Shown: positions 26,728-36,452 of the stretch, one piece after another | How positions within the stretch are numbered: position 1 is the stretch's first letter | Layout of the letters: each line of letters starts with the position of its first letter | Assembly (NCBI GenBank): GCA_963978095.1 | Contig: CAXBQP010000002.1 | Coordinates: forward strand, 81,733 to 145,732 | Length of the DNA: 64,000 nucleotides | Source of the DNA: an uncultured bacterium | GTDB taxonomy: Bacteria > Gemmatimonadota > Gemmatimonadetes > Gemmatimonadales > Gemmatimonadaceae | Direction of reading: 5' to 3' | The notes under the pieces: model-generated | What the model saw: only the letters and a program-made list of their open reading frames with translations | Database searches by the model: none | Told to the model about the DNA's origin: nothing | Made by a program: the position numbers and the translations under genes

Positions 26728-28323
26728 GTGCCGTCGTCGGAGCCGCTCGCGCGTTCACGCCGTCGAGGACGGTGGCGTGGGCTGACGGCCGTCGTGATCG
26801 TGGTGGCGTGGCTGGCCGGCGTCGCGGTGCTGGTTCGCCGCGAGTTCTTCGTGGGGACCGCGGCGCGACTGGCCGATGCTGCGCTGCGCTTGAGTCCCGG
26901 TGCGAGCTATTTCGTGGTATCGCAGGGCGGCGAACGGATCGGCTTCGCGTCCAACACGCTGGATACGCTCGCGTCCGGCATCGAAGTCGTGGACTGGTTC
27001 ATTGCCGATCTGCCGGTGGGCGGGAGCACGCAGCGGGCGAGTGCCCGATCGGTGATTCACCTGACGCGCGGGTTGGCATTGCAGAACTTCGACCTGCAGG
27101 TCGAGACGCAGGGGACCCCGCTTCATGTGGGTGGCCGCACCGATGGGGACAGCGCCGTGGTCTTCAGCTTGCGCAGCGGGCCGACGCCACCGGACAGCCA
27201 GCGCATCGCGGTGCGCGGACCGATTCTCCTGCCTACCCTCGTCCCGCTGGTGATCGCGTTGGGCGAAACGCCGAAAGTCGGCAAGAGCTACCGAGTTCCG
27301 ACGTTCGATCCGCAGGCGATGCTGTCGCGCGACCTCGCGATCGCCGTGCGGGCGGAGTCACTGTTCACGCTCGTCGACAGCGCCACGTACGACGAAGGAC
27401 GTGCCGAGTGGGTGGCAGCGCACGCGGACACGACCCGGGCGTGGCGGCTCGAACCGACGAACGGCAGCGGCTTCACCGGCTGGATCGACAGCGAGGGCCG
27501 CATCGTCGCCAGCACGCAGCCCGGCGGGATTACGGTGCAGCGCGCCCCGTATCAGATGGCGTTCGAGAACTGGCGCATCGCGCGCGATCGTCGGGCGGTC
27601 TCCGCGGCCGGGTCGCGCGCGAACGACATCATTGACCGGTCCGCCATCAGCGCCGGCGCCGCGCTTGGGCGGGCGCGCCTCGGCTCGCTCTCCGTGCGAC
27701 TGCGCGGCGTGGATCTGACCGGGTACGATCTCGATGGCGGGCGACAACAGCTCCGCGCCCATGAGCTACGCGTCGTTCGCGAGACACCCGACGCGCTCGT
27801 GGCGACGTGGTCGCTTGCTGGGAAGGGGACCCTCGATCGTGCGCGATTCCGCGCCGAGCTGGCGACGGAGCCACTCCTGCAAGCGAGCGACGACCGCATC
27901 GTATCGCTCGCGGTGCGAATCGCCGGCAACGACCGCGACCCGCGCGTGGTCGCCGAGAAGGTGAACCGATGGGTGTTCGATTCGCTCAAGAAAGCGGTCA
28001 CGCTGAGCGTCCCGAACGCGCTCGACGTGCTTCGCACGCGGACGGGGGATTGCAACGAGCACACGCAACTCTATGTCGCCTTGGTGCGGGCCGCGGGAAT
28101 CCCCGCACGGATCGCGACGGGGCTCGCGTACGTCAACGGCAAGTTCTACTACCACGCGTGGCCCGAGATCTGGCTCTCCAACTGGGTGGCGGTGGATCCA
28201 ACGTTCGGACAGTTCCCGGCGGACGCGTCACACCTCCGCTTCGTGGTGGGAGGACTCGCGCGCCAAGCCGAGCTGCTCCGCTTGATCGGTACCCTGCACA
28301 TCGACGTGACCGCCGTCCGATGA
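26728..28323 (+). CDS. Membrane-anchored transglutaminase-like cysteine protease
   Basis: N-terminal TM; triad GDCNEH / YHAW / VDPT; RAAGIPAR. Confidence 0.9.
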   Translation: MPSSEPLARSRRRGRWRGLTAVVIVVAWLAGVAVLVRREFFVGTAARLADAALRLSPGASYFVVSQGGERIGFASNTLDTLASGIEVVDWFIADLPVGGSTQRASARSVIHLTRGLALQNFDLQVETQGTPLHVGGRTDGDSAVVFSLRSGPTPPDSQRIAVRGPILLPTLVPLVIALGETPKVGKSYRVPTFDPQAMLSRDLAIAVRAESLFTLVDSATYDEGRAEWVAAHADTTRAWRLEPTNGSGFTGWIDSEGRIVASTQPGGITVQRAPYQMAFENWRIARDRRAVSAAGSRANDIIDRSAISAGAALGRARLGSLSVRLRGVDLTGYDLDGGRQQLRAHELRVVRETPDALVATWSLAGKGTLDRARFRAELATEPLLQASDDRIVSLAVRIAGNDRDPRVVAEKVNRWVFDSLKKAVTLSVPNALDVLRTRTGDCNEHTQLYVALVRAAGIPARIATGLAYVNGKFYYHAWPEIWLSNWVAVDPTFGQFPADASHLRFVVGGLARQAELLRLIGTLHIDVTAVR

Positions 28324-29099
28324 CCCTCCCTCCGACGTCCCCGATGATCGAACTGACCGGACTGACCAAGCGATACGGTTCCTTCACGGCGGTGAATGCG
28401 ATCGACCTCACGGTTCCGGCCGGTGAACTCTTCGGCTTCCTCGGCCCCAACGGCGCCGGAAAGACGACGACGTTGCGCATGATCGCCGGCATCCTCAAAC
28501 CAACGGCCGGGACGGTACGGATCGCCGGGATCGATCTGGCCGCGGATCCGATCGCGGCGAAGGCGCAGTTGGGATTCATCCCGGACCGCCCGTTCATCTA
28601 CGAGAAGTTGACCGGGGGTGAGTTCCTCCGCTTCGTGGCCGGGCTCTTCGGCCAGTCGGGGGCCGAGATCGAGCACCGTGCGCGGGAGCTGATGGCGCTC
28701 TTCGACCTGGAGGAGTGGCGCGACGAACTCGTGGAGAGCTACTCGCACGGCATGCGGCAGAAACTCATCATCGCGAGCGCATTCGTGCACCGGCCCGCCG
28801 TGATCGTGGTGGATGAACCGCATGTCGGACTCGACCCCAAGTCGATCAAGATCCTCCGTGATCTCTTCAGAGAGTACACGCGGCGGGGACACACCATCAT
28901 GATGAGCACGCATACGCTCGACGCCGCCGAGAGTCTGTGCGATCGGATCGCGATCATGCATGCAGGGCGCATCGTCGCGTGCGGCTCGATGGCCGACTTG
29001 CGGTCGGGTTCGGCGCACGACAGCGGTCTCGAGGAGATCTTCCTGCGCCTCACCGGCCAGCGGGCGGCGCGGAATCTCGTGGACGTGCTGGACGCGTGA
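28320..29099 (+). CDS. ABC transporter ATP-binding protein
   Basis: GPNGAGKT, YSHGMRQK, VVDEP, STH; ATGA overlap with the upstream gene. Confidence 0.95.
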   Translation: MTLPPTSPMIELTGLTKRYGSFTAVNAIDLTVPAGELFGFLGPNGAGKTTTLRMIAGILKPTAGTVRIAGIDLAADPIAAKAQLGFIPDRPFIYEKLTGGEFLRFVAGLFGQSGAEIEHRARELMALFDLEEWRDELVESYSHGMRQKLIIASAFVHRPAVIVVDEPHVGLDPKSIKILRDLFREYTRRGHTIMMSTHTLDAAESLCDRIAIMHAGRIVACGSMADLRSGSAHDSGLEEIFLRLTGQRAARNLVDVLDA

Positions 29100-30850
29100 C
29101 GGCTCCCGCGAATCGTCCGCACGCCGCGGCGCACGTCGCGGCGCACGACGGCGTGCCGACCGGCGCGTTGCCTGACGCGCCACTGCTGCACGTCCTGACG
29201 CCGAAGTGGCTCACGGCCAGGGCGCGCACGGTGTCGACGGCGGATGGCCGCGGGACGCGCGTCGCGCTGTTGGGGGTGGTGGGCCTCCTGTTCTGGAGCG
29301 TGGTCTTCGCCGTGCTGTACCGGTTGCTCGCCTACTTCAAGAGCGTGCAGGAGATCGGTCCGCTGCTGGCCGGCAAGTTGCTGGGCCTCATGCTGGTCAC
29401 CTTTTTTTCGATCCTGCTGCTCTCGAACGTGATCACCGCGCTGTCGAGTTTCTTCCTCGCGAAGGATCTCGACCTGTTGGTATCGGCTCCGGTCGATTGG
29501 CTGCGGGTGTATCTGGCGAAGTTGCTGGAGACGGTGCTCGCCTCGAGTTGGATGGTCGCGTTGATGGCGATCCCGATGTTGGCGGCGTACGGAATCGCGT
29601 ACCGCGGCGGATGGGCGTTCCCGTTGCTCGCGGTCGCGGTCTTCGTTCCGTTCCTCGTGCTGCCGTCAGCCGTGGGAAGCGCGTTGACCCTCCTCCTGGT
29701 CAACGTCTTTCCGGCACGACGCACGCGCGACATCCTGAGCGTCATCGCGGGCGTGACGGCCGCGGGGATCGTCCTGCTCTTCCGGCTCGTGCGGCCAGAG
29801 CGCCTCGCGCGCCCCGAAGGGTTCCGGTCCCTGGTGGAGTTCGTCTCCGTCCTCCGCACGCCGACGTCGCCGCTCCTGCCGAGCGAGTGGGCCCAGCGGA
29901 CGATCATGGGGGCGCTCACCGGGCATCAGGACTGGCTCGCCCTGTACCTGCTCTGGACGACCGCCGCAGTCGCCGTGACATGCGGCGCGCTGTTGCACCG
30001 CACGCTGTACCTCCACGGGTTCAGCAAAGCCCAGGAGAGCGCACAACGGGTGATCCAGGCCGGACGGTGGAGCGCGCTCGGCCAGCAACTGCTCGCCCCG
30101 CTCGGCGTGCTGCGTCGCGAGTTGGTCGTCAAGGAACTGCGCCTCTTCTTCCGCGATACGACGCAGTGGTCGCAGCTGATCCTGCTCGCGGTGCTCGTGG
30201 TGGTGTACGTGTTCAACATCAAGTTCCTGCCGTTGCACGGCGAAGGGGTCACCTTCTTTCTCGTCAACGTGATCCCGTTCCTGAACCTCGTGCTCGCCGG
30301 GTTCGTCTTGGCTTCCATCGCGGCGCGCTTCATCTTTCCCGGCGTGTCGTTGGAGGGACGGACGTTGTGGCTCCTGCGGTCGAGCCCGATGCCGGTGCGC
30401 GACCTGCTCTGGGCCAAGTTCTGGGTCGGCACCGCGCCCTTGCTCGTGCTCGCGATTGGGATCGTGGGGGTCACGGACTACCTCCTGCAGGTGTCCGCGT
30501 TCATGTTCCTCGTGTCGGTGCTGTCGATCACGCTGCTGACGTTCGCGGTCTCGGGCATGGCGATCGCGTTCGGTACGCTGTTCCCGCAGTACGAGACGGA
30601 GAATGCCGCGCAGATTCCCACGTCGTTCGGCGGATTGCTGTTCATGATGGCGTCGATCACGCTGATCGGCATCGTCGTGGTGCTGGAGGCCAAGCCGGTC
30701 TACGGCTACCTGTCGGCGGAGGCGTTCGGCACGCCTGCGGATCCGACGGAGATGATCATGGGATTCACCGCCGCGGCGTTGCTGTGCGTCGCTGCGACGG
30801 TCGTCCCCATACGCGCGGCGCTCCGGCGCCTCGAGGTGGTGGAACGCTGA
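29096..30850 (+). CDS. Putative ABC exporter permease (many TM helices)
   Basis: DLDLLVSAP, KELRLFFRD, SLEGRTLWLLRSSP; GTGA overlap with the ATPase. Confidence 0.85.
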   Translation: MTAPANRPHAAAHVAAHDGVPTGALPDAPLLHVLTPKWLTARARTVSTADGRGTRVALLGVVGLLFWSVVFAVLYRLLAYFKSVQEIGPLLAGKLLGLMLVTFFSILLLSNVITALSSFFLAKDLDLLVSAPVDWLRVYLAKLLETVLASSWMVALMAIPMLAAYGIAYRGGWAFPLLAVAVFVPFLVLPSAVGSALTLLLVNVFPARRTRDILSVIAGVTAAGIVLLFRLVRPERLARPEGFRSLVEFVSVLRTPTSPLLPSEWAQRTIMGALTGHQDWLALYLLWTTAAVAVTCGALLHRTLYLHGFSKAQESAQRVIQAGRWSALGQQLLAPLGVLRRELVVKELRLFFRDTTQWSQLILLAVLVVVYVFNIKFLPLHGEGVTFFLVNVIPFLNLVLAGFVLASIAARFIFPGVSLEGRTLWLLRSSPMPVRDLLWAKFWVGTAPLLVLAIGIVGVTDYLLQVSAFMFLVSVLSITLLTFAVSGMAIAFGTLFPQYETENAAQIPTSFGGLLFMMASITLIGIVVVLEAKPVYGYLSAEAFGTPADPTEMIMGFTAAALLCVAATVVPIRAALRRLEVVER

Positions 30851-31311
30851 TGCAGATCGGAGTGGCGCACGAGACGGACATTCAGGCGGTGGTCGACCTG
30901 AACAATCGATTCGCCCCGCAGGGGCTCACACTGCCGCGCTCGCCGAACTTCGCGTATGCGCACCTGCAGGACTATCGGGTGCTGCGCGACGCGGACGGCG
31001 GGATCGTCGGATGCGTCGCGCTGGACGAGTACTCGCCCTCGGTGGTGGAGCTGATCTCGCTCGCCGTCTCGCCGGACGCGCAGGGCATCGGTCACGGCAA
31101 GGTGCTCATCGCGGCGGCCGAACGGTTGGCGCGCACCCGCGGGTACCGGGAGCTGTTCGCCGTCTCGTATTCGGACGACCTCTTCCTCTCCTGCGGATTC
31201 TCCCGCTCGGCGCTGTCGCGGTTTCCGGAGAAGATCGTGCGCTACCAGTCGCTCGATCAGAGTGAGATCCTGGTCGGCGAGAAACATTGTTTCGCCAAAG
31301 TCCTGCGCTAG
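30850..31311 (+). CDS. GNAT N-acetyltransferase (short ArgA-like)
   Basis: LPRS..., ELISLAVSPDAQGIGHGKVL acetyl-CoA motif, FPEKI; TGATG overlap. Confidence 0.85.
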   Translation: MQIGVAHETDIQAVVDLNNRFAPQGLTLPRSPNFAYAHLQDYRVLRDADGGIVGCVALDEYSPSVVELISLAVSPDAQGIGHGKVLIAAAERLARTRGYRELFAVSYSDDLFLSCGFSRSALSRFPEKIVRYQSLDQSEILVGEKHCFAKVLR

Positions 31312-31341
31312 CGTTTCACCAACAGGTCGTGCGGCGGGCGC

Positions 31342-32715
31342 TCAGGACGCCCGGGATGACCACCGGGCGACGGCCGCTTCCGCCGCCGCATCGCGCCGTT
31401 GCTCCTCGGCACGGTCCACGTCTCGCGTGTCAGCGACTGCGACCGCCAATCGAAGCAGGGCGCCGATCCAGAGCATGGTGGCGCCAATCTCCAGCAGCAC
31501 GCGGAGCGGCCACAAGGTGATCTTCATGGTGGCGCCGGCCGGACCGATGTCCAACAGCGCGAGTTGTGCATCCACGAGCACACCGGTGGCGCGTCCGGTC
31601 GTCATCATCGGCTCGTAGCGGGAGTCGCCGCGTCCGTCCACATATTCGCGCTGCTCGGCGGTAATCAGCGGAAGCCGCCGGGACCCGACGCGCGGGGCCA
31701 GCGACAGGGCCAGCACATACTGGTTTGGCGGACGCTCGAAACGACTGGTGCCTTGGCTCGTGAAGGTCCACACACGGCCGAACCGATCCGTCATCGTGGT
31801 CGACTGGCCATCGCGGAGACCGACTTCACGCTGCGTACGCAGCGGAACGAGCATGAGGCCGAGCAGCGCCACCAGCGCTCCCGTGACGCTCACGCGGCGA
31901 GCGAAGGCGCCGAGCCCGCCCTCGACGCGGGGGGTGGTGGCCCACGAGGTGACGAGCGCCACCACGAGCACGATGACCGCACCGAAATGCAACTGATCCC
32001 ACAGGCGGAAGCCGCCAACGCCGACCTGAGAGGCCGCGCGGAGGCCGAGCAGGATCGCCGGCACCAGCACGAGTTCGGTAAGGGCGACGAGCTGGCGCAC
32101 GAGCACCGTCAGTCGCGCCGCGTACAGGCGATCCAGTGCCGTCAATGCACCCACGAGCGCGGTCGTCGTGGCGATCCCCAACCCGAACAGGATGAGCGGG
32201 TTGGCCAGCAGAATCGATGCGCGTTGCAGCTCGGGTTCCATGCCCAGCCCGTCGATCGGGGCGGGATCGATGGACGTGAACGGATTGTATTGCACCACGC
32301 AAAGGATCAGCGCGAAGAGCACGGTCACCGCGAGCGAGAGCAGCAGCATCGCACCGCGCCGCCCCTCCTCGTGGAGGGCACGGCGTGCGACGATCCCGGC
32401 CGCGGCGGTGAGTCCGGTGGACCAGAGGAGAAGCACGCCGGGAGGGCCCGAGGCGATCGCGCCGAGCTTGAAGGCATCCGGCAAGCTGAAGGCGGTGAAG
32501 GTCGCGACGTACCGGACGGAGAAGTCGCTCGCGATGAGCAGTCGGGCGAGAACGCCGAGAGCGAGCGCCGACAGGACCGCCGCCCCATTCAGCGCCCACG
32601 ACGCCCCCGGCAGCCATGCCGAGCGTCGCGTGGCGCCGGCGAGCGTCGCGAGCGTCGCGGCGACTCCCGCGCAGAGGAACGCGCCCCAGAGTGCGCACTG
32701 CCCCAGCGTCGTCAT
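31342..32715 (-). CDS. CcmF/NrfE-like membrane protein, divergent and shortened
   Basis: SDFSVRYV, GVLLLWS, NPF, GLGMEPELQ match the CcmF N-terminus; the C-terminus resembles CcmF_C; conserved heme-handling motifs are degenerate. Confidence 0.65.
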   Translation of the reverse strand: MTTLGQCALWGAFLCAGVAATLATLAGATRRSAWLPGASWALNGAAVLSALALGVLARLLIASDFSVRYVATFTAFSLPDAFKLGAIASGPPGVLLLWSTGLTAAAGIVARRALHEEGRRGAMLLLSLAVTVLFALILCVVQYNPFTSIDPAPIDGLGMEPELQRASILLANPLILFGLGIATTTALVGALTALDRLYAARLTVLVRQLVALTELVLVPAILLGLRAASQVGVGGFRLWDQLHFGAVIVLVVALVTSWATTPRVEGGLGAFARRVSVTGALVALLGLMLVPLRTQREVGLRDGQSTTMTDRFGRVWTFTSQGTSRFERPPNQYVLALSLAPRVGSRRLPLITAEQREYVDGRGDSRYEPMMTTGRATGVLVDAQLALLDIGPAGATMKITLWPLRVLLEIGATMLWIGALLRLAVAVADTRDVDRAEEQRRDAAAEAAVARWSSRAS

Positions 32716-32722
32716 GCGCGCA

Positions 32723-33046
32723 TCACCGATCGAATTGCCGCATGAGCACGGCCCCCGAGGCCGCGCCGATGGCATCCCAGGCGAGATCGCGGAGACTGAA
32801 ATCCGCGTGCCGTTCTCGATCCCAGAGTTCTTTGCCGATGCCGACCGCGGCCGTCATGCCCGCCGCGCCTCGGCTCGCAAGACCGTAGCGCATGCCTCGC
32901 GACCGGAGTGTAGTGTGCGCGACCGATTGGATGACCGCCGACGCGGTGAAGTGCAGCAGTTTGTCCGGGCCGAACCACCGGTCACCCGGCGCGGCGGGCG
33001 TGGGCGCGGGGCCGCCCCACAGCGCGAACACCAGTACGAAGTTCAT
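32723..33046 (-). CDS. YfiM/DUF2279-like small membrane protein
   Basis: DRWFGPDKLLHF...GIGKELWD...FSLRDLAWD. Confidence 0.75.
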   Translation of the reverse strand: MNFVLVFALWGGPAPTPAAPGDRWFGPDKLLHFTASAVIQSVAHTTLRSRGMRYGLASRGAAGMTAAVGIGKELWDRERHADFSLRDLAWDAIGAASGAVLMRQFDR

Positions 33047-33052
33047 GGCGCG

Positions 33053-34540
33053 CTACCCGGCATCGCGCGCCCACGCGACGGCGGCGCGCACCGCCCGGTG
33101 CCAGCCACGCAGCGCGTGCTGCGCGGGCAGCGCGCCTTCGCCCGGCACGAACCGCTGGTAGGTGCGCGCCGTGAGGAACGCGTCGGCACTCGGCCACACC
33201 CCCGCCGCGATCCCCGCCAACGCGCCTGCCCCCATCGCCGTCGTCTCGACGATGTCCGGGCGCTCCACCGGGACCGACAGGACGTCGGACTGGAACTGCA
33301 GCATCCAGTGGTTGGCTGCGGCCCCGCCGTCCACGCGCAGGACGTCGAGCGGTGCGCCACTCGCCGCGCGCATCGACTGCAGGACGTCCGCCGTCCCGAA
33401 GCACATGGACTCCAGCGCGGCACGCACCAGATGGTCGCGCGTCGTCCCCCGGGTAAGGCCGACAATCGTCCCGCGGGCGTCGGGCTCCCAGACCGGCGCC
33501 CCGAGTCCGGTGAGTGCCGGCACGAAGTAGACGCCATCGTTCGCGCGCAGCCCCCGCGCCATCGCCTCGGAGTCCGATGCGCGCTCGAGCACGCCGAGCC
33601 CGTCGCGGAGCCATTGGACCGCGGCGCCGGCGATGAAGATGCTGGCTTCGAGCGCGTAGGCCGGCGCACCGTCCGCGTCACAGCAGAGGGTCGTCAGCAG
33701 CCCGTCCCCGCCGGCCGGTCGTTTCACGCCGGTATTCAGCAACAAGAAAGCGCCGGTCCCATAGGTGTTCTTACTCGTCCCTGCCGTCCAGCACCCTTGC
33801 CCGAATAGCGCTGCCTGCTGGTCGCCGGCGACGCCGCAGATCGGCAACGCGCGACCCAGATGCTCGGCCGCGGCCACACCGAACGAGCCGCTCGACGGGC
33901 GGACATCGGGCAACAGGTGCATGGGGATGTTGAACAGCGCACAGAGCGGCGCACTCCACGACTTGGCATCGATGTCATACAGCATCGTGCGCGACGCATT
34001 CGTCGGGTCCGTGGCGTGCACGGCGCCATTGGTGAGGCGCCAGATGAGCCAGCTGTCGATGGTGCCCGCCGCGACCGTGTCCAGCGGCCGCGGGGCGACC
34101 CCGAGCCGGTGTTCGAGCAGCCACTCGAGTTTGGTCGCGGAAAAATACGGATCGGTCACGAGCCCCGTCGCCGCCGCGATCGCCTGCCGCTGCGGGGTCA
34201 GCGCGGCGCAGCGGGCGGCGGTGCGGCGATCCTGCCAGACGATCGCGCGCCCGATCGGGACGCTCGTGGCACGGTCCCAGAGGAGCACCGTCTCGCGTTG
34301 GTTGGTGATGCCGATCGCGTCCGGGAGGATGCCGCCGGCGGCGCTTTGTGCGATCGCATCGCGGGCCGCTTCCATGGTGCGCACGAAGATCTCGTCGGCG
34401 TCGTGCTCCACCCAGCCGGGCTCCGGGAAATACTGCGTGATCTCGCGATAGCCCCGCCCGCAAATCCTCCCGTCCTCGGTGATCACCAGACAGGTCGAGC
34501 CGGTGGTCCCTTGATCGATGGCCAGGACGGCGCGCATCAT
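33053..34540 (-). CDS. glpK: Glycerol kinase
   Basis: AIDQGTTGS, GITNQRET, WQDRRT, DPYFSATK, GDQQAALFGQ, KNTYGTG. Confidence 0.93.
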   Translation of the reverse strand: MMRAVLAIDQGTTGSTCLVITEDGRICGRGYREITQYFPEPGWVEHDADEIFVRTMEAARDAIAQSAAGGILPDAIGITNQRETVLLWDRATSVPIGRAIVWQDRRTAARCAALTPQRQAIAAATGLVTDPYFSATKLEWLLEHRLGVAPRPLDTVAAGTIDSWLIWRLTNGAVHATDPTNASRTMLYDIDAKSWSAPLCALFNIPMHLLPDVRPSSGSFGVAAAEHLGRALPICGVAGDQQAALFGQGCWTAGTSKNTYGTGAFLLLNTGVKRPAGGDGLLTTLCCDADGAPAYALEASIFIAGAAVQWLRDGLGVLERASDSEAMARGLRANDGVYFVPALTGLGAPVWEPDARGTIVGLTRGTTRDHLVRAALESMCFGTADVLQSMRAASGAPLDVLRVDGGAAANHWMLQFQSDVLSVPVERPDIVETTAMGAGALAGIAAGVWPSADAFLTARTYQRFVPGEGALPAQHALRGWHRAVRAAVAWARDAG

Positions 34541-35586
34541 GCGCCTCCGCGGTGCGGGAAGGTGAAGGCGTAGGGCGCACGGTAAATGCCGCGGTCGGTG
34601 ACGACGGCCGTCACCAACTCGTGCGGGGTCACGTCGAAGGCCGGGTTGCGCACGGCGATGGTGGCGGGTGCGACCGCCATGTCGCGCAGGCGGCGTACTT
34701 CGTCGGCGTGGCGCTGCTCGATCTCGATGGCGTCGCCGGAGGGTGTCGCGTGATCGATCGTACTCCACGGCGCACACACGTAGAACGGGACGCGGTGATG
34801 CCGGGCGATCACCGCGATGTTGTACGTCCCGATCTTGTTGGCGACATCGCCATTGGCGGCAATCCGGTCGGCGCCGACGAAGACCATGTCGATCTCGCCG
34901 GCGCGCATCAGGCTCGCGGCCATGGCGTCGGTGATGACGGTGACGGGTACGCCGGCGCGTTCGAGTTCCCACGCCGTGAGCCGGCTTCCCTGCAGCAGGG
35001 GGCGGGTCTCGTCCGCCACCACCTGCACCGCGCGTCCGGCGGCGTGCGCGACATACACCGGAGCGAGTGCCGTTCCGATGCCGGCCGTGGCGAGCGCGCC
35101 CGCATTGCAATGTGTCAGCACGCGACTCCCGTCCGGTATCAGCGTCGCGCCATGGGACCCGATGGCGCGGCACATCGCCACGTCCTCGTCGAGAATCGCC
35201 GTGGCTTCGCGGCGCAGGAGGTCAAGCAGCCCCGCCGTCGTCGCCACCGGTCGCGCGGCGGCGGCATCGAGCATCCGGCGCAGGGCCCATGCGAGATTCA
35301 CCGCGGTGGGGCGCGTGCCGGCGATGAGCGCTGCGTGCGCGTGCAGCCGCGCCCGGAACAGCGGCGGATCGTCGTCGCGGAACGGAAGGAGCGACGCCAC
35401 CACACCGATGGCGGCTGCCACGCCGATGGCCGGCGCCCCGCGTACCGCGAGCGTGCGGATCGCGTCCGTGACGTCCTCGACGGTGCGCAGGTCGCGCTCG
35501 ACACACGCGTCCGGAAGGAGGCGTTGGTCGATGATGCGAAGCGCGTCACCCGCAGGCGACCACTGCACGGCTCGGATGGGTTCCAC
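34537..35586 (-). CDS. mtnA: S-methyl-5-thioribose-1-phosphate isomerase
   Basis: VRGAPAIG, RPTAVNL, THCNAGALAT, ETRPLLQG, NKIGTY, NPAFDVT. Confidence 0.96.
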   Translation of the reverse strand: MEPIRAVQWSPAGDALRIIDQRLLPDACVERDLRTVEDVTDAIRTLAVRGAPAIGVAAAIGVVASLLPFRDDDPPLFRARLHAHAALIAGTRPTAVNLAWALRRMLDAAAARPVATTAGLLDLLRREATAILDEDVAMCRAIGSHGATLIPDGSRVLTHCNAGALATAGIGTALAPVYVAHAAGRAVQVVADETRPLLQGSRLTAWELERAGVPVTVITDAMAASLMRAGEIDMVFVGADRIAANGDVANKIGTYNIAVIARHHRVPFYVCAPWSTIDHATPSGDAIEIEQRHADEVRRLRDMAVAPATIAVRNPAFDVTPHELVTAVVTDRGIYRAPYAFTFPHRGGA

Positions 35587-35665
35587 ACGTGGAACCTAAC
35601 CTCCGCCGACGCGCTGCGGCATTCGCGGATAGATTTCCGGTTCACCTCTTTTCGGTCGCCCCGTC

Positions 35666-36445
35666 ATGTCCTTCGAGATGCTTCGTGTCGAGATCGTGGA
35701 CCGCATTGCTACCGTCACGATCAACCGTCCAGACAAACTCAATGCCCTGAACGCCACGCTGATGGGTGAGATCGGGCGGTGCGTGACGGATCTGCAGCAG
35801 GATCCGGCGGTGGGGGCGATCATCCTGACCGGCGCCGGACGGGCCTTCGTCGCGGGTGCGGACATCGGGGCGATCGCCACGCAGGACGCGACCGCCTTGG
35901 CGGAGACATCACGCATCGGACAGGAGGTCTTCCGATCCATCGAGCGTGGTCCGAGACCGGTGATCGCGGCCGTGAACGGGTTCGCCCTCGGCGGCGGTTG
36001 CGAGCTCGCGCTGGCCTGCCACATCCGCATCGTGTCGAGCGCGGCGAAGCTCGGCGTACCCGAGGTCAAGCTGGGACTCATTCCAGGCTACGGCGGCACC
36101 CAGCGGCTGGCGCGGCTCGTCGGACGTGGCCGGGCGCTGCAGCTGCTGCTGACTGGTGATCCGATCGACAGCGCCGAGGCGTACCGTCTCGGCATCGCGA
36201 ACGCAGTGGTCGCGCCGGAGGCGCTGCTCGAGAGTGCCCGCACGATGGCGGCCGCGATGCTCAAAAATGGTCCGCTCGCGCTGGCCGCGGCGATCGACGT
36301 CGTGGACCGGGGCCTCGATCTCGCGCTCGATCAGGCGCTCGAGCTCGAGACCACGCGGTTCGGCGGGCTCGCGAACACGGCCGACATGAAGGAAGGCACC
36401 GCCGCGTTCCTCGAAAAGCGCGCGCCAGACTTCCGCGGCGCCTGA
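35666..36445 (+). CDS. Enoyl-CoA hydratase/isomerase
   Basis: AFVAGADI, GFALGGGCEL, PEVKLGLIPGYGGTQRL. Confidence 0.95.
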   Translation: MSFEMLRVEIVDRIATVTINRPDKLNALNATLMGEIGRCVTDLQQDPAVGAIILTGAGRAFVAGADIGAIATQDATALAETSRIGQEVFRSIERGPRPVIAAVNGFALGGGCELALACHIRIVSSAAKLGVPEVKLGLIPGYGGTQRLARLVGRGRALQLLLTGDPIDSAEAYRLGIANAVVAPEALLESARTMAAAMLKNGPLALAAAIDVVDRGLDLALDQALELETTRFGGLANTADMKEGTAAFLEKRAPDFRGA

Positions 36446-36452
36446 GCCGGGC

